Assembly: GCA_036337215.1 (NCBI GenBank)
Contig: JAYZEO010000028.1
Coordinates: forward strand, 1-48,441
Source: Myxococcota bacterium
Lineage (GTDB): Bacteria; Myxococcota_A; UBA9160; SZUA-336
DNA length: 48,441 bases
Direction of reading: 5' to 3'
Within the stretch, counting starts at the first letter, position 1. Each line of letters starts with the position of its first letter. Below the pieces are notes generated by a model. That model was not told the origin of the DNA, did not search any database, and saw only the letters and a program-made list of their open reading frames with translations. The translations under genes and the position numbers were made by a program. Positions 19,473-28,819 of this stretch are shown here, one piece after another.

Positions 19473-19825
19473 CAATCCCACTCCAGCGCGCCCTTCATCC
19501 ACTCGTAAGCGAGCGCGATCGAGAGCACGGCAAGGAAGGGCGCCGCCACCAGCAACCCGTACCAGCCGAGGTCCCGGAACACCACCGCCCAGGGATAGAG
19601 AAACACCACCTCGAGGTCGAAGATGATGAACGACAGCGCGACCATGTAGAACTTGACCGGAAAGCGCCGGTACGGCGAAACCAGCGGGCTCTCGCCGCAC
19701 TCGAAAGGCTCGTCCTTCTCGGCAAAGCTGAGCCTGGGCCCGAGTACAATGGTCAGCACCAGCAGGAGAAGGATCGAGCCCGCGCCGAGCGCCATGAAGA
19801 GTCCGAGACCCGCGTACTCCGACAT
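19472..19825 (-). CDS. nuoA: NADH-quinone oxidoreductase subunit A
   Basis: PFECG, KFYMVALSFIIFDLEVVFLYPWA, KGALEWD; ATG 19825 after GAGGAG. Confidence 0.95.
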   Translation of the reverse strand: MSEYAGLGLFMALGAGSILLLLVLTIVLGPRLSFAEKDEPFECGESPLVSPYRRFPVKFYMVALSFIIFDLEVVFLYPWAVVFRDLGWYGLLVAAPFLAVLSIALAYEWMKGALEWD

Positions 19826-19918
19826 CCTTCTCCTCGCCCCGACCACACCGAACGCACCGATCTCCGACGGGGCGACCTCGGTGCAAGGCCTCGATTTCGC
19901 GGGGAATCGAGCGGCGGA

Positions 19919-19947
19919 AAGCTACTTTGGGGCCCCGGTACTGTCAA
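19919..19947 (-). promoter_or_regulatory. sigma70 promoter of the nuo operon (TTGACA-N17-TAGCTT)
   Basis: Perfect -35, 17-nt spacer and TAnnnT -10 in the divergent nuoA/gpsA gap. Confidence 0.65.
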
Positions 19948-19976
19948 CTAGAACGCGGCTCCGATAGGCTTGCGGC

Positions 19977-21011
19977 GTGAGTTCGCAGACCCCGGCGGCC
20001 GATAACCCGACACGCTGCGCCGTCATCGGGGCGGGAAGCTTCGGCACCTGCCTCGCAATACTGCTCGCGGAGCGGCAGTACGCGGTCGATCTCTGGGCCC
20101 GCGACCCGGAGGTGGCCAAGACCATCAACCGCGACCGATCGAATCCTCGCTACCTCAAGGACTTTCGCCTCCCGGAGAGGGTTCGGGCGACAACCTCGCT
20201 AGAAGAGGCACTGCACCGGAAGGAGGTCGTGCTGTCGGTGGTCCCGAGCCACGGCGTGCGAAAAGTCTGGACCCAGGCGGCCCGGTTCATCGAGCCCGGC
20301 GCACTCCTGGTGACCACGTCGAAAGGCATCGAGCCCGGTAGTTGCAAGCTGATGCACGAAGTCCTCGAGGAAATCGTGGGGCCCGGGCAGGGTCAGCGAA
20401 TCGTCGCACTTTCGGGCCCGAGCTTCGCGCGCGAGATCGCGGAAGGCAGACCCACCGCGGTCACGGTCGCGGCCAGGGACGAGACTTACGCGATCGCGGC
20501 ACAGGCGATCCTGTCCTCACCGCTGTTCCGTTGCTACTCCAACACCGACATTTTAGGGGTGGAACTCTGCGGAGCGCTCAAGAACGTGATTGCGATCGCG
20601 ATCGGCATCTGCGACGGCATGGCCCTCGGGGAAAACGCGCGCGCCTCGCTGATCACCCGCGGGCTGCGCGAACTTACGCGACTCGGAACCGAACTCGGCG
20701 CGCATCCGCTGACCTTTCTGGGCCTCTCGGGGATCGGAGACTTGATTCTCACCTGTACGGGCGACCTGTCGCGCAACCGCAGCGTGGGCCTCGAGATCGG
20801 ACGCGGCAAGAAGGTCAAAGAAGCGCTCCAGGGCCTGAGCCAGGTGGCCGAGGGCGTTCGGACCGCCGAGTCCGCTTATCGGCTCTCGCGCCGACACGAC
20901 GTCGACATGCCGATCACACAGGGCGTGTACCAGGTACTCTACGAGGGTCGGGACTTCCGCGAGGCGGCGTCCGACATCACCTCTCGCCAGCTCAAGAGCG
21001 AGTTCGAGTAG
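19977..21011 (+). CDS. gpsA: NAD(P)H-dependent glycerol-3-phosphate dehydrogenase
   Basis: IGAGSFGT, SKGIE, LSGPSFA, GALKNVIAI, GIGDLILTC...SRN, AEGV. Confidence 0.95.
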   Translation: MSSQTPAADNPTRCAVIGAGSFGTCLAILLAERQYAVDLWARDPEVAKTINRDRSNPRYLKDFRLPERVRATTSLEEALHRKEVVLSVVPSHGVRKVWTQAARFIEPGALLVTTSKGIEPGSCKLMHEVLEEIVGPGQGQRIVALSGPSFAREIAEGRPTAVTVAARDETYAIAAQAILSSPLFRCYSNTDILGVELCGALKNVIAIAIGICDGMALGENARASLITRGLRELTRLGTELGAHPLTFLGLSGIGDLILTCTGDLSRNRSVGLEIGRGKKVKEALQGLSQVAEGVRTAESAYRLSRRHDVDMPITQGVYQVLYEGRDFREAASDITSRQLKSEFE

Positions 21012-21019
21012 GCGACGCG

Positions 21020-21904
21020 GTGAGGCCCACGCTGCATCCGATCCGCGCGCTCGCGATTTTTCTGCTGCTCTTCGCAGCCGTAGGGTGCGGGCCCAAGTTC
21101 GTTCGACAGCAAGTGTTCCGCTCCGACAACCACCAGGTCGAGGTGGAACTCCAGCGCACCGAACAGGGAGGCGAGGTCGTCTCGCAGGACTACGAGCATC
21201 CGGCCACGATCGCGGCCGTGCGTGTCGCCCACATCCTGGCCACGCTCGGATACAAGGACTCCGACGGCAAGGAACAGTCCGTCATCCGGGGCGAACACCT
21301 CTACCTGCTCGCGGACGGCATCAGCAAGGCGCTGGCCGAGGCGGGTCCGGGCGACGCCGTCGCGGCGGCCGGGCTGTCGCAGGATCGCAGGTTCGGGATT
21401 TTCACCAGTGACCGCGCTACCGCGTTTCGCCTGTTCATGCGCAACGACCAACTCCACATCAGCTTCTACTCAATCGAGAAGCCCCTGGAGAAGCCCGGGG
21501 TCACCGACGAGATCGAGGTCTACAAGATCCCCAAGGAATTTCCGGCGCGGCGCCCTCCGTTCGATCTGGTGCCCGGCAAAGCCCAGGCGCGCACGAGTGC
21601 CCGCACCCTCGTAATCGACTGGCGCAGCCCCGCCTACCGCAAGGCACTGCGGCTCGGTCGCTACGGGCGTGGACTTCGGCGGCGCCAGATTCTGATGGAG
21701 CTTCCCGAGGAGGAGAAAGAGGACCCGGCCCAGGTCGGACTCGGGCTTCCGCCCGAGGTGACGGACGCCCAGATCCAGGCGCTCGATCAGCTCGACGCGG
21801 CCCGGCGTAGCGGGCTCGTGACCGAGCTCGAGTTCCAGCGCCGGCGACGCCTGATCCTGCAGGGCCGGCTCGACGAGGCGGGCTACGAGACACCGGCTCC
21901 GTGA
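21020..21904 (+). CDS. Putative lipoprotein with a C-terminal SHOCT-like helix pair
   Basis: GTG 21020; signal peptide with lipobox-like AVGC; C-terminal LDQLDAARRSGLVTELEFQRRRRLIL. Confidence 0.7.
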   Translation: MRPTLHPIRALAIFLLLFAAVGCGPKFVRQQVFRSDNHQVEVELQRTEQGGEVVSQDYEHPATIAAVRVAHILATLGYKDSDGKEQSVIRGEHLYLLADGISKALAEAGPGDAVAAAGLSQDRRFGIFTSDRATAFRLFMRNDQLHISFYSIEKPLEKPGVTDEIEVYKIPKEFPARRPPFDLVPGKAQARTSARTLVIDWRSPAYRKALRLGRYGRGLRRRQILMELPEEEKEDPAQVGLGLPPEVTDAQIQALDQLDAARRSGLVTELEFQRRRRLILQGRLDEAGYETPAP

Positions 21905-22896
21905 GCCGCACGCTTCGCGCGACCGGGGCCGACGACCCGGCCGCGGGCCCGCGGAACTCCGGATCCCGACAGCGCATCCTGCTGGACACCGATCCCGGGC
22001 TCGATGACCTGCTCGCGCTCGCGCTCGCACTGGCCTCACCCGGACTGGAACTCGCAGCGGTGACGACCGTCGCTGGCAACGCGCCGATCGAGACGGTCAC
22101 CGACAACGCCCTCCGCTTCCGATCGCTCGCTGGTGCGAATTTCCCGATTGGGCGCGGAGCTGCCGGCCCGATCGCGCTCGGGACCGTGCACGCGACCGAG
22201 TTCCACGGCGGCGACGGGCGTGGAGCCGTAGCCATGCCCGAGACGACCGATCCCAGCACCACATCTGCCGCCGAACTGCTCCGGGCATGTCTCCAGAGCC
22301 GCGGCATCGACCGAATCGTGGCGGTCGGCCCCCTCACCAACCTGGCGGCGCTGCTGCATCAGGAACCGCTGCTGCTGGGTGGAGCCGAGCTCCTCTGGAT
22401 GGGGGGGACGCTTTCGCGCGGCAACGTGACCGAACTCGCGGAATTCAACTGCTACGCGGATCCGCAGGCGCTGGCGGCACTGCTCGATGCGCGCATCGCG
22501 CTTCACCTGATCGGGCTCGAGGTCACGTCGCGCCTGATCGTGCGCGAGCCGGACCTGGGACCCGATCCCTTTGGGACCGGAAGGCGGGCGCGCTTTCTGG
22601 AAGGGCTGCTCCGGGCCCTGATGGAGGCCGAACGCCCCTACCTCGGCGAGACCGCGGCCTTGCTGCACGACCCGGCGGCCGTCATCGCCGCCACGGAGCC
22701 CGAGCTGTTCCGCTTCGAGGATCTGGAACTCGCCGTGCGGGTCGAGGAGGGAGCGGCGCGCGGGCAGCTGACCCGTACCAGCTCCGCCAACAGCTGCAGA
22801 GTCCGGTACGCTGTCGAGGTGCAGGCTGACAAAGTCATCGGTCTCGTTCTCGCGCGCCTGCGCAGCTGGGCCCGTGCCGGCGAGACCCCGAATTAA
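21901..22896 (+). CDS. Nucleoside hydrolase (IUNH family)
   Basis: DTDPGLDD, TTVAGN, GPLTNLA, AEFNCYADP, LHDP. Confidence 0.9.
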   Translation: MSRTLRATGADDPAAGPRNSGSRQRILLDTDPGLDDLLALALALASPGLELAAVTTVAGNAPIETVTDNALRFRSLAGANFPIGRGAAGPIALGTVHATEFHGGDGRGAVAMPETTDPSTTSAAELLRACLQSRGIDRIVAVGPLTNLAALLHQEPLLLGGAELLWMGGTLSRGNVTELAEFNCYADPQALAALLDARIALHLIGLEVTSRLIVREPDLGPDPFGTGRRARFLEGLLRALMEAERPYLGETAALLHDPAAVIAATEPELFRFEDLELAVRVEEGAARGQLTRTSSANSCRVRYAVEVQADKVIGLVLARLRSWARAGETPN

Positions 22897-22899
22897 CCG

Positions 22900-25800
22900 A
22901 TGGTCGCGCTGCGCCTCCTCTCCGAGCTGGCCCTGCTGGCCCTGGTCGCGCTCGGTCTCAATCGCCTCGTCCCACCGCCGTGGCGCTCGCGCGGCATTCT
23001 CCTGCTCAAGGCCTATCTCACACTCCGTGTTCTCGGCCTGATCTTTCTGCACGAGACGAACGGGGTCACGATTCTATCGTTGCTCGGAGAGCACCTCTCC
23101 GGGATTCCGCTCGGCAGCTTCCTGTTGTTCTGTTTCTACGCGATGTTGCTCAAGCTGGTCGGGATCGCGGCCAGCATCACGCGTTGGATCCTGATGTTGC
23201 GCGGCCAGAAGGTCGAGCTGCCGGTGCGCCACATCGTCGGAGCCTTCTTCATCGGCCGCTTCCTGGGGACCTTCCTGCCCTCGACGCTGGGCCTGGACGG
23301 CTACAAGCTCTACGATGCCAGCCGCTTCAGCGGCCGCACGATCGAGGTCTCGGCAGCTACGATCGTCGAGAAGCTGCTGGGCTCCTCGGCCATCTTCGGC
23401 ACCTTTCTGATCGCGCTGCCGCTCGGAGCCGCGGGCTTCCCCGAGTACGCGACGCTGATCGCAACGGTGGGAATTCCGGTCGCCCTCACACCGCTGCTGA
23501 TCGTGAGTCTGATGCTGTTCTGGCCCGGTCCGAGGCTGATTCGCTGGATCCTGGTCCGGGTTCCGCTCCCGACTCTGCGCGGAAGCCTGAGCCGCATCGC
23601 GGACGGCGCCTCCGCCTACAGCGATCGCAAAGGGCTCCTGCTCGCCGCCTGGGGTCTCTCGCTGGTCCAGCACTTCACGACCGCGGCCATGTACGTGCCG
23701 GCCGCGCGGGCTCTCGGGGTCTCGGCCTCCGACTCCCCTTTCTGGATCGTGACCTTCGCGTCTTCGATCCAGATCCTGGCGACCGTGCTGTCTCCGTTTA
23801 CGATCGCGGGAGAGGGAATCCGGGAACTCGCGCAGGGGCTACTGCTCCAAAACCAGATGACTTTCGGCCTCGCTGCGGCGTCGGGCCTGATCGGATTTCT
23901 GGCCGCCGAACTCCCGACGCTATTCGGCGTGGTCCCCTGGTTCCTGCGGCGGGAGAACTACCGGCCCGACTACTGCCGCGTGAACGGGGTACAGATCGAC
24001 TACGCAGTGGCGCGACGCGCGGCGACCGAGTTGGGCAGGCCGGCCAGCACGGAAGCAGGCGAGCGCGTTTCGGCAGGCCAGATTGACAGCATGGCCCGCC
24101 GCGCAGCGAGCGCAGCCGGCTTCGGGCTCGCCGGGGGCCTCTACGCAGGCCTCGCGATCGGATTCGGCGAGGCCGCCTACCTGACCGCGATCGGCAAGCT
24201 CGGGAGCGAGGCCCAGGTCTTCTGGACGGGACCGCTCGCTTATGGCGCGCTGTTCGGAATGGCGGGCCTGGTCGGTGGAGCGCTCCTGGCCTTGCCCCCC
24301 TTCCCCCGCGCGATTCTCGAGCGCTGGGTCTCGGCGCTCGCGTTCACGGCCTGCCTCGTCCCCTATGGACTTGTCGCGACGCTGTTCTTCCTCTATCGCG
24401 ACGTCTACGGCGAACAACTTCCGGGCGCGCCGGTGCTGTTGGGGTCGCTCGCGGCCAGCGGCGTACTGGCGCTCGCGCTGCTCGTCGGCGTGGGGGCGCT
24501 TGCGGGAAGTCGCGCACGAGTTCTGGTCCGCGCTCCCTGGGCCCTCGCCATCTCGGCGCTCGCGATCGCGGCGGCGGCCGGACTCGGCGCCACGCTCGGC
24601 CCGAGACCCGCCACACCCCCCGCGCCGCGACCGATCGCCCAGGCGCTGCGGGCTGCGCCCAACCTGCTCTTGATCTCGATCGACACGCTGCGGGCCGACG
24701 TCCTCCCCCTCTACCAGGGCGACCAGATCGAAACCCCGGCGCTGGACGCGCTCGCCGCGGGGGGCGGCACCGTGTTCGGGGCCGCCTTCGCCCAGGCCTC
24801 GTGGACCAAGCCTTCGATGGCGACGCTGCTGACGTCGCTCTACCCGGCCAGCCACGGCGCAACGCTCAAGCCGTCGCGGCTTCCCGATTCGGTGGTGACC
24901 ATCGCCGAGGCGTTACAGCAGTTCGGCTACTCGACCGGGGGCATCGTCACGAACATCAACCTGGCGCCGAGCTTCAACTTTCAGCAGGGCTTCGACGAAT
25001 ATCACTACCTGGCGCCCGATTACCTGTTCGGCGTGAGTGACTCCAGTTCGCGGCTCTTGCTCTACGAACTCGCACGCCGCGTGGCCGGACGCCTGCGCGG
25101 CGGGGTGCGTCCCGGGGACGCCTACCAGCCCGGCGAGGCCGTGAACCGGGAGGCCCTGGCCTGGCTCGACCGGCATCAGGACGAGCGTTTCTTTCTGCTC
25201 CTCCACTACATGGAGCCCCACGACCCCTACTTCCGGCATCCGGACCGTGGCGACGCGATCGGTCGCGCGCTGGTCCCGGACCCCGACCCGACGCTGCGCG
25301 ACGAGATGTTCCAGAGCTACCTGGCGGAAGTTGAGCACGTGGATCGCCTGCTCGGCGAACTGTTCGAGGATCTCCGCCGCCGCGGAATCTACGACCGCAC
25401 CCTGATCGCAGTGACCGCCGACCACGGGGAGGAGTTCCTCGAACACGGCGGTTGGTGGCACGGACGCACGCTCTACGACGAGCAGATCGCGGTGCCGCTC
25501 ATCATCACGTGGCCGCGCGACGGGCGCGCGCGCGTCGCGCTGCGGTCCGAGCAGGTCCGCCTGCTCGACGTAATGCCGACGCTGCTCTCGGAAGCCGGTG
25601 CACGACTTCCGCCGGGCATGCAGGGCCGGCCCCTGACCGACACGCCGGACCAGGAGCGCGTGGTCTACGCCGAGGAAGACCACGAGGGAAACGTGCTCGA
25701 GGCGATCCGGATCGATGGCTGGAAGCTGATCCGGGCGAATCCCGGGAATCCGCGCGGGCTCGACCCGGCCGAACTCTATGAAGTTTCGGCCGATCCGCAC

Positions 25801-25974
25801 GAGAGGCGGGATCTGGCCGGCACCGGGGCCGGGCGGGAAGCGGATCTCTCGGACTCGCTCCGGGTGCTGGGAAGGGACGCCGCAGCGGCCGCCCACAGCG
25901 AGAGCTTCGCCGAGATCGGGGACAGCGAGTGCCGGCGGCTCCAGGCGCTCGGCTACGTCGAGGACTGCGACTGA
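22900..25974 (+). CDS. Multi-pass membrane protein: lysylphosphatidylglycerol-synthase-TM (flippase-like) domain fused to a sulfatase-like hydrolase/transferase domain
   Basis: N-half RW..ML...FFIGRFLGTFLPSTLGLDGYK...GEGIRE; C-half ISIDTLRAD, SWTKPS, HYMEPHDPY, TADHGEE, VPLII, LQALGY. Confidence 0.85.
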   Translation: MVALRLLSELALLALVALGLNRLVPPPWRSRGILLLKAYLTLRVLGLIFLHETNGVTILSLLGEHLSGIPLGSFLLFCFYAMLLKLVGIAASITRWILMLRGQKVELPVRHIVGAFFIGRFLGTFLPSTLGLDGYKLYDASRFSGRTIEVSAATIVEKLLGSSAIFGTFLIALPLGAAGFPEYATLIATVGIPVALTPLLIVSLMLFWPGPRLIRWILVRVPLPTLRGSLSRIADGASAYSDRKGLLLAAWGLSLVQHFTTAAMYVPAARALGVSASDSPFWIVTFASSIQILATVLSPFTIAGEGIRELAQGLLLQNQMTFGLAAASGLIGFLAAELPTLFGVVPWFLRRENYRPDYCRVNGVQIDYAVARRAATELGRPASTEAGERVSAGQIDSMARRAASAAGFGLAGGLYAGLAIGFGEAAYLTAIGKLGSEAQVFWTGPLAYGALFGMAGLVGGALLALPPFPRAILERWVSALAFTACLVPYGLVATLFFLYRDVYGEQLPGAPVLLGSLAASGVLALALLVGVGALAGSRARVLVRAPWALAISALAIAAAAGLGATLGPRPATPPAPRPIAQALRAAPNLLLISIDTLRADVLPLYQGDQIETPALDALAAGGGTVFGAAFAQASWTKPSMATLLTSLYPASHGATLKPSRLPDSVVTIAEALQQFGYSTGGIVTNINLAPSFNFQQGFDEYHYLAPDYLFGVSDSSSRLLLYELARRVAGRLRGGVRPGDAYQPGEAVNREALAWLDRHQDERFFLLLHYMEPHDPYFRHPDRGDAIGRALVPDPDPTLRDEMFQSYLAEVEHVDRLLGELFEDLRRRGIYDRTLIAVTADHGEEFLEHGGWWHGRTLYDEQIAVPLIITWPRDGRARVALRSEQVRLLDVMPTLLSEAGARLPPGMQGRPLTDTPDQERVVYAEEDHEGNVLEAIRIDGWKLIRANPGNPRGLDPAELYEVSADPHERRDLAGTGAGREADLSDSLRVLGRDAAAAAHSESFAEIGDSECRRLQALGYVEDCD

Positions 25975-26864
25975 TGCGCTGTGACTTCCACCTGCACTCG
26001 AACCGCTCGGACGGAACCCTCTCGCCCGCCGAACTCGCCGACGAAGCCGCCCGGGAGGACGTCCAGGTGATCGCGCTCACCGACCACGACGACGTGAGCG
26101 GGATCGCGACCGCGGCCGCTCGCGGACGCGAACTCGGCGTGGAGGTCCTGGCCGGAGTCGAACTCTCGGTCGCCGAGCCGGACAGCGGGCGCCAGATGCA
26201 CCTCCTGGGCCTCGGCATCGACCCGGCCCGACCGCAACTGCTCGCGCGCCTCGAGCGCATTCACGCGGGTCGCAGCGCACGTGCCGAGCGGATCACGGCC
26301 CTGCTTTCAGAGTGCGGCGTGGAGCTTCCACTCGAAGTGCTGCGCGCAGAGGCGGGACCCGGCGTGATCGGCCGGCCGCACGTCGCGAGGGCACTGGTCG
26401 GGCTGGGTGTCTGCGCCAATTCAAACGAAGCCTTCTCGCGCTACCTGCGCCGCGGCCGCCCCGCATTCGTGCCTCCACCGGAACTCGCCGCGCTCGAGGC
26501 GATCGAGTTGATCCACGCCGCGGGCGGAATCGCCGTGCTCGCGCACCCCGCGCTCTCGATCGGGGTCGATGCGGCGGGAGGAATCGAGCGCTTCGTGGAA
26601 CCCCTGGTCGCGGACGGCCTCGACGGTCTCGAGATCTGGCACCCGAACCACACCCCCAAGCGACGCAAGCGTCTGCGACGTCTCGCAAAGCTTCACGGCC
26701 TGGTGGCTACGGGGGGCAGCGACTTCCACGGACCCGCGCGGCCCGGCGTCCGGATCGGTCGCGGGCGCGGGAACCTGGCCCTCGGCGAATCCGTCCTGCG
26801 CGCAATCCGGGATCGGATCTCGGACCGTCGAGCACAGGAAAGCGCCCGCAGTGCGGGCAGTTAG
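25974..26864 (+). CDS. PHP-domain metallophosphoesterase (TrpH/YciV-like)
   Basis: DFHLHSNRSDG, ALTDHD, GVELS, GRPHVA, GGSDFHG; TGATG overlap with the upstream gene. Confidence 0.9.
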   Translation: MRCDFHLHSNRSDGTLSPAELADEAAREDVQVIALTDHDDVSGIATAAARGRELGVEVLAGVELSVAEPDSGRQMHLLGLGIDPARPQLLARLERIHAGRSARAERITALLSECGVELPLEVLRAEAGPGVIGRPHVARALVGLGVCANSNEAFSRYLRRGRPAFVPPPELAALEAIELIHAAGGIAVLAHPALSIGVDAAGGIERFVEPLVADGLDGLEIWHPNHTPKRRKRLRRLAKLHGLVATGGSDFHGPARPGVRIGRGRGNLALGESVLRAIRDRISDRRAQESARSAGS

Positions 26865-26869
26865 CTTGG

Positions 26870-26898
26870 TTGACCCCCCTACCCTCTGCGGATAACCT
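26870..26898 (+). promoter_or_regulatory. sigma70 promoter TTGACC-N17-TAACCT
   Basis: The -10 box ends 9 nt before ATG 26908; no SD sequence. Confidence 0.55.
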
Positions 26899-26907
26899 CG
26901 CGCGCCT

Positions 26908-28107
26908 ATGCCCGATCCGAAGATCCCGCGCCCGGGCGGCGACTCTACCCGCGCCGTGCACGGCGGCGAGCGGGAGGGACGGCCGCGCGTCTCGGATGCG
27001 CTGTCGACCCCGATCGTGCAGACCTCGACCTTCTGGTTTCGCGACACCCAGGAGGTGATCGACTACCAGGAGGGCCGTCACCCGAGCTACGAGTACGGAC
27101 GCTACGGGAACCCGACCACCCAGGCGGCGGCCGAGAAGCTCCGGCAACTCGAAGGCGGCGAGACCTGCGTGGCCGCGGCGACCGGAATGGCCGCCATCAC
27201 GACCCTGCTGCTGGCCCTGGTCCCTCGGAACGGCCACATCGTCACCACGACCGACTGCTACCGGCGTACGCGCCAGTTCGTGGCGACCGTGCTACCGAAG
27301 CTCGGGATCGAGACCACGGTCGTGGAACCGTCCGACATCGCCGCGCTCGAGCGCGCGCTCGATCGCGAGACCGCGCTGTTCTTCTCGGAATCTCCCACCA
27401 ACCCCTATCTGCGGGTGATCGACATTCCTCGCGTGGCCGGCCTCTGCCACGCACGCGGCGCCCAGGTCGTGATCGACGCCACCTTCGCCACGCCGATCAA
27501 CCAGCGGCCGCTCGAACTCGGAGCCGACGTGGTGATCCACTCGGGCACCAAGTACCTGGCCGGGCACAACGACGTGATGGCGGGAGCCCTCGTCGGCAAC
27601 ACCGAGGTGCTGGCGCCGGTTCGTGAACTCCTGGGAATCTTGGGAAGCGTTCTCGACCCTCACGCCGCCTACCTGCTGCTGAGAGGGATGAAGTCCCTCG
27701 CACTGCGCGTCGACCGGGCCAACGCCAAGGCCAGCGCGATCGCGCTCCACCTGGATCGGCACCCGAAGATCGAGCGAGTCCACTACCCCGGACTCGAGAG
27801 CCACCCGCAGCACGAGATCGCGCGCGCCCAGATGTCGGGCTTCGGGGGGGTCGTGAGCTTCGAGGTCGTGCCCGACTTCGAGGCGACTTCCAAGTTCGTG
27901 GACGCATTGCAGATTCCGTACATCGCCCCGAGCTTCGGAGGCTGCGAGTCGCTCGTCGAGCAACCCGCGGTCGTGTCCTACTGGGACAAGTCTCCCGAGG
28001 AACGCGCCCAACTCGGGATCAAGGACAACCTCGTCCGCTACGCGTGCGGAGTCGAGGATGCGGAGGACCTGATCGCGGACCTCGACCAGGCGTTAGATCG
28101 AATCTAG
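26908..28107 (+). CDS. metB: Cystathionine gamma-synthase (plant-type), PLP-dependent
   Basis: YGRYGNPT, TTTDCYRRT, ESPTNP, HSGTKYLAGHND (PLP Lys), IPYIAPSFGGCES. Confidence 0.85.
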   Translation: MPDPKIPRPGGDSTRAVHGGEREGRPRVSDALSTPIVQTSTFWFRDTQEVIDYQEGRHPSYEYGRYGNPTTQAAAEKLRQLEGGETCVAAATGMAAITTLLLALVPRNGHIVTTTDCYRRTRQFVATVLPKLGIETTVVEPSDIAALERALDRETALFFSESPTNPYLRVIDIPRVAGLCHARGAQVVIDATFATPINQRPLELGADVVIHSGTKYLAGHNDVMAGALVGNTEVLAPVRELLGILGSVLDPHAAYLLLRGMKSLALRVDRANAKASAIALHLDRHPKIERVHYPGLESHPQHEIARAQMSGFGGVVSFEVVPDFEATSKFVDALQIPYIAPSFGGCESLVEQPAVVSYWDKSPEERAQLGIKDNLVRYACGVEDAEDLIADLDQALDRI

Positions 28108-28132
28108 CGCCCGCCGCGCGGCGACGGCTCGC

Positions 28133-28657
28133 TCAGAGCAGGTCAGCCCGCGCAGCTTCACCTTCGAGCGCGAGCAGCCGGCGCTTGATCGCGAGCCCAC
28201 CCGCGTACCCGCCGAGTTTTCCACCGGCGGCGATCACGCGGTGACAGGGCACGATCAACGGAATCGGGTTCGAGGCGTTCGCGGTCCCGACGGCACGCGC
28301 CGCACCGGGCCGCCCCACCGCCCGCCCAATTTCCGCGTAGGTGCGGGTCTGCCCGAACGGGATCTCGCGCAGCGCGTTCCAGACTTGAATCTGAAACGGC
28401 GTGCCGTGCAGATCGAGCGGTACCTCGAAGACCATCCGGCGACCGCTGAAGTACTCGTCTAGTTCCCTCGACGCGCGCTCCAGCACCGGCAGAGAGGCGA
28501 CCTCCTCGGCGTCGGGTAACCGCCGCCGAATCCAGCCTGAGAAGCCGTGGTCGCCGCCGCGCGGAAGCCCGAGGCGCGCCAGTCCCCGCTCCGAAGCCAC
28601 GAGCCGCAGGCGACCGACCGGAGCGTCGAGTTCCGTAACCGCGAACCGCTCCCCCAT
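28133..28657 (-). CDS. ogt: Methylated-DNA--protein-cysteine methyltransferase
   Basis: GTPFQ..VW..L..IPFG, ARAVG.A...NP, PCHRV. Confidence 0.92.
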   Translation of the reverse strand: MGERFAVTELDAPVGRLRLVASERGLARLGLPRGGDHGFSGWIRRRLPDAEEVASLPVLERASRELDEYFSGRRMVFEVPLDLHGTPFQIQVWNALREIPFGQTRTYAEIGRAVGRPGAARAVGTANASNPIPLIVPCHRVIAAGGKLGGYAGGLAIKRRLLALEGEAARADLL

Positions 28658-28819
28658 GATGCGATCATAGCAGCGGCAGAGCCGGGACGGGGGCCCGACG
28701 CAGGAACGGGGGCAGCATTACGCCGCCCCCGCACCTCGATGCCCAACCTCTAGGCTTGGTCGTGCGTTCAGTCTTGGATCCCGGAGCCGACGGCCTCTGC
28801 CGCGACCTCCGAACCCGTT

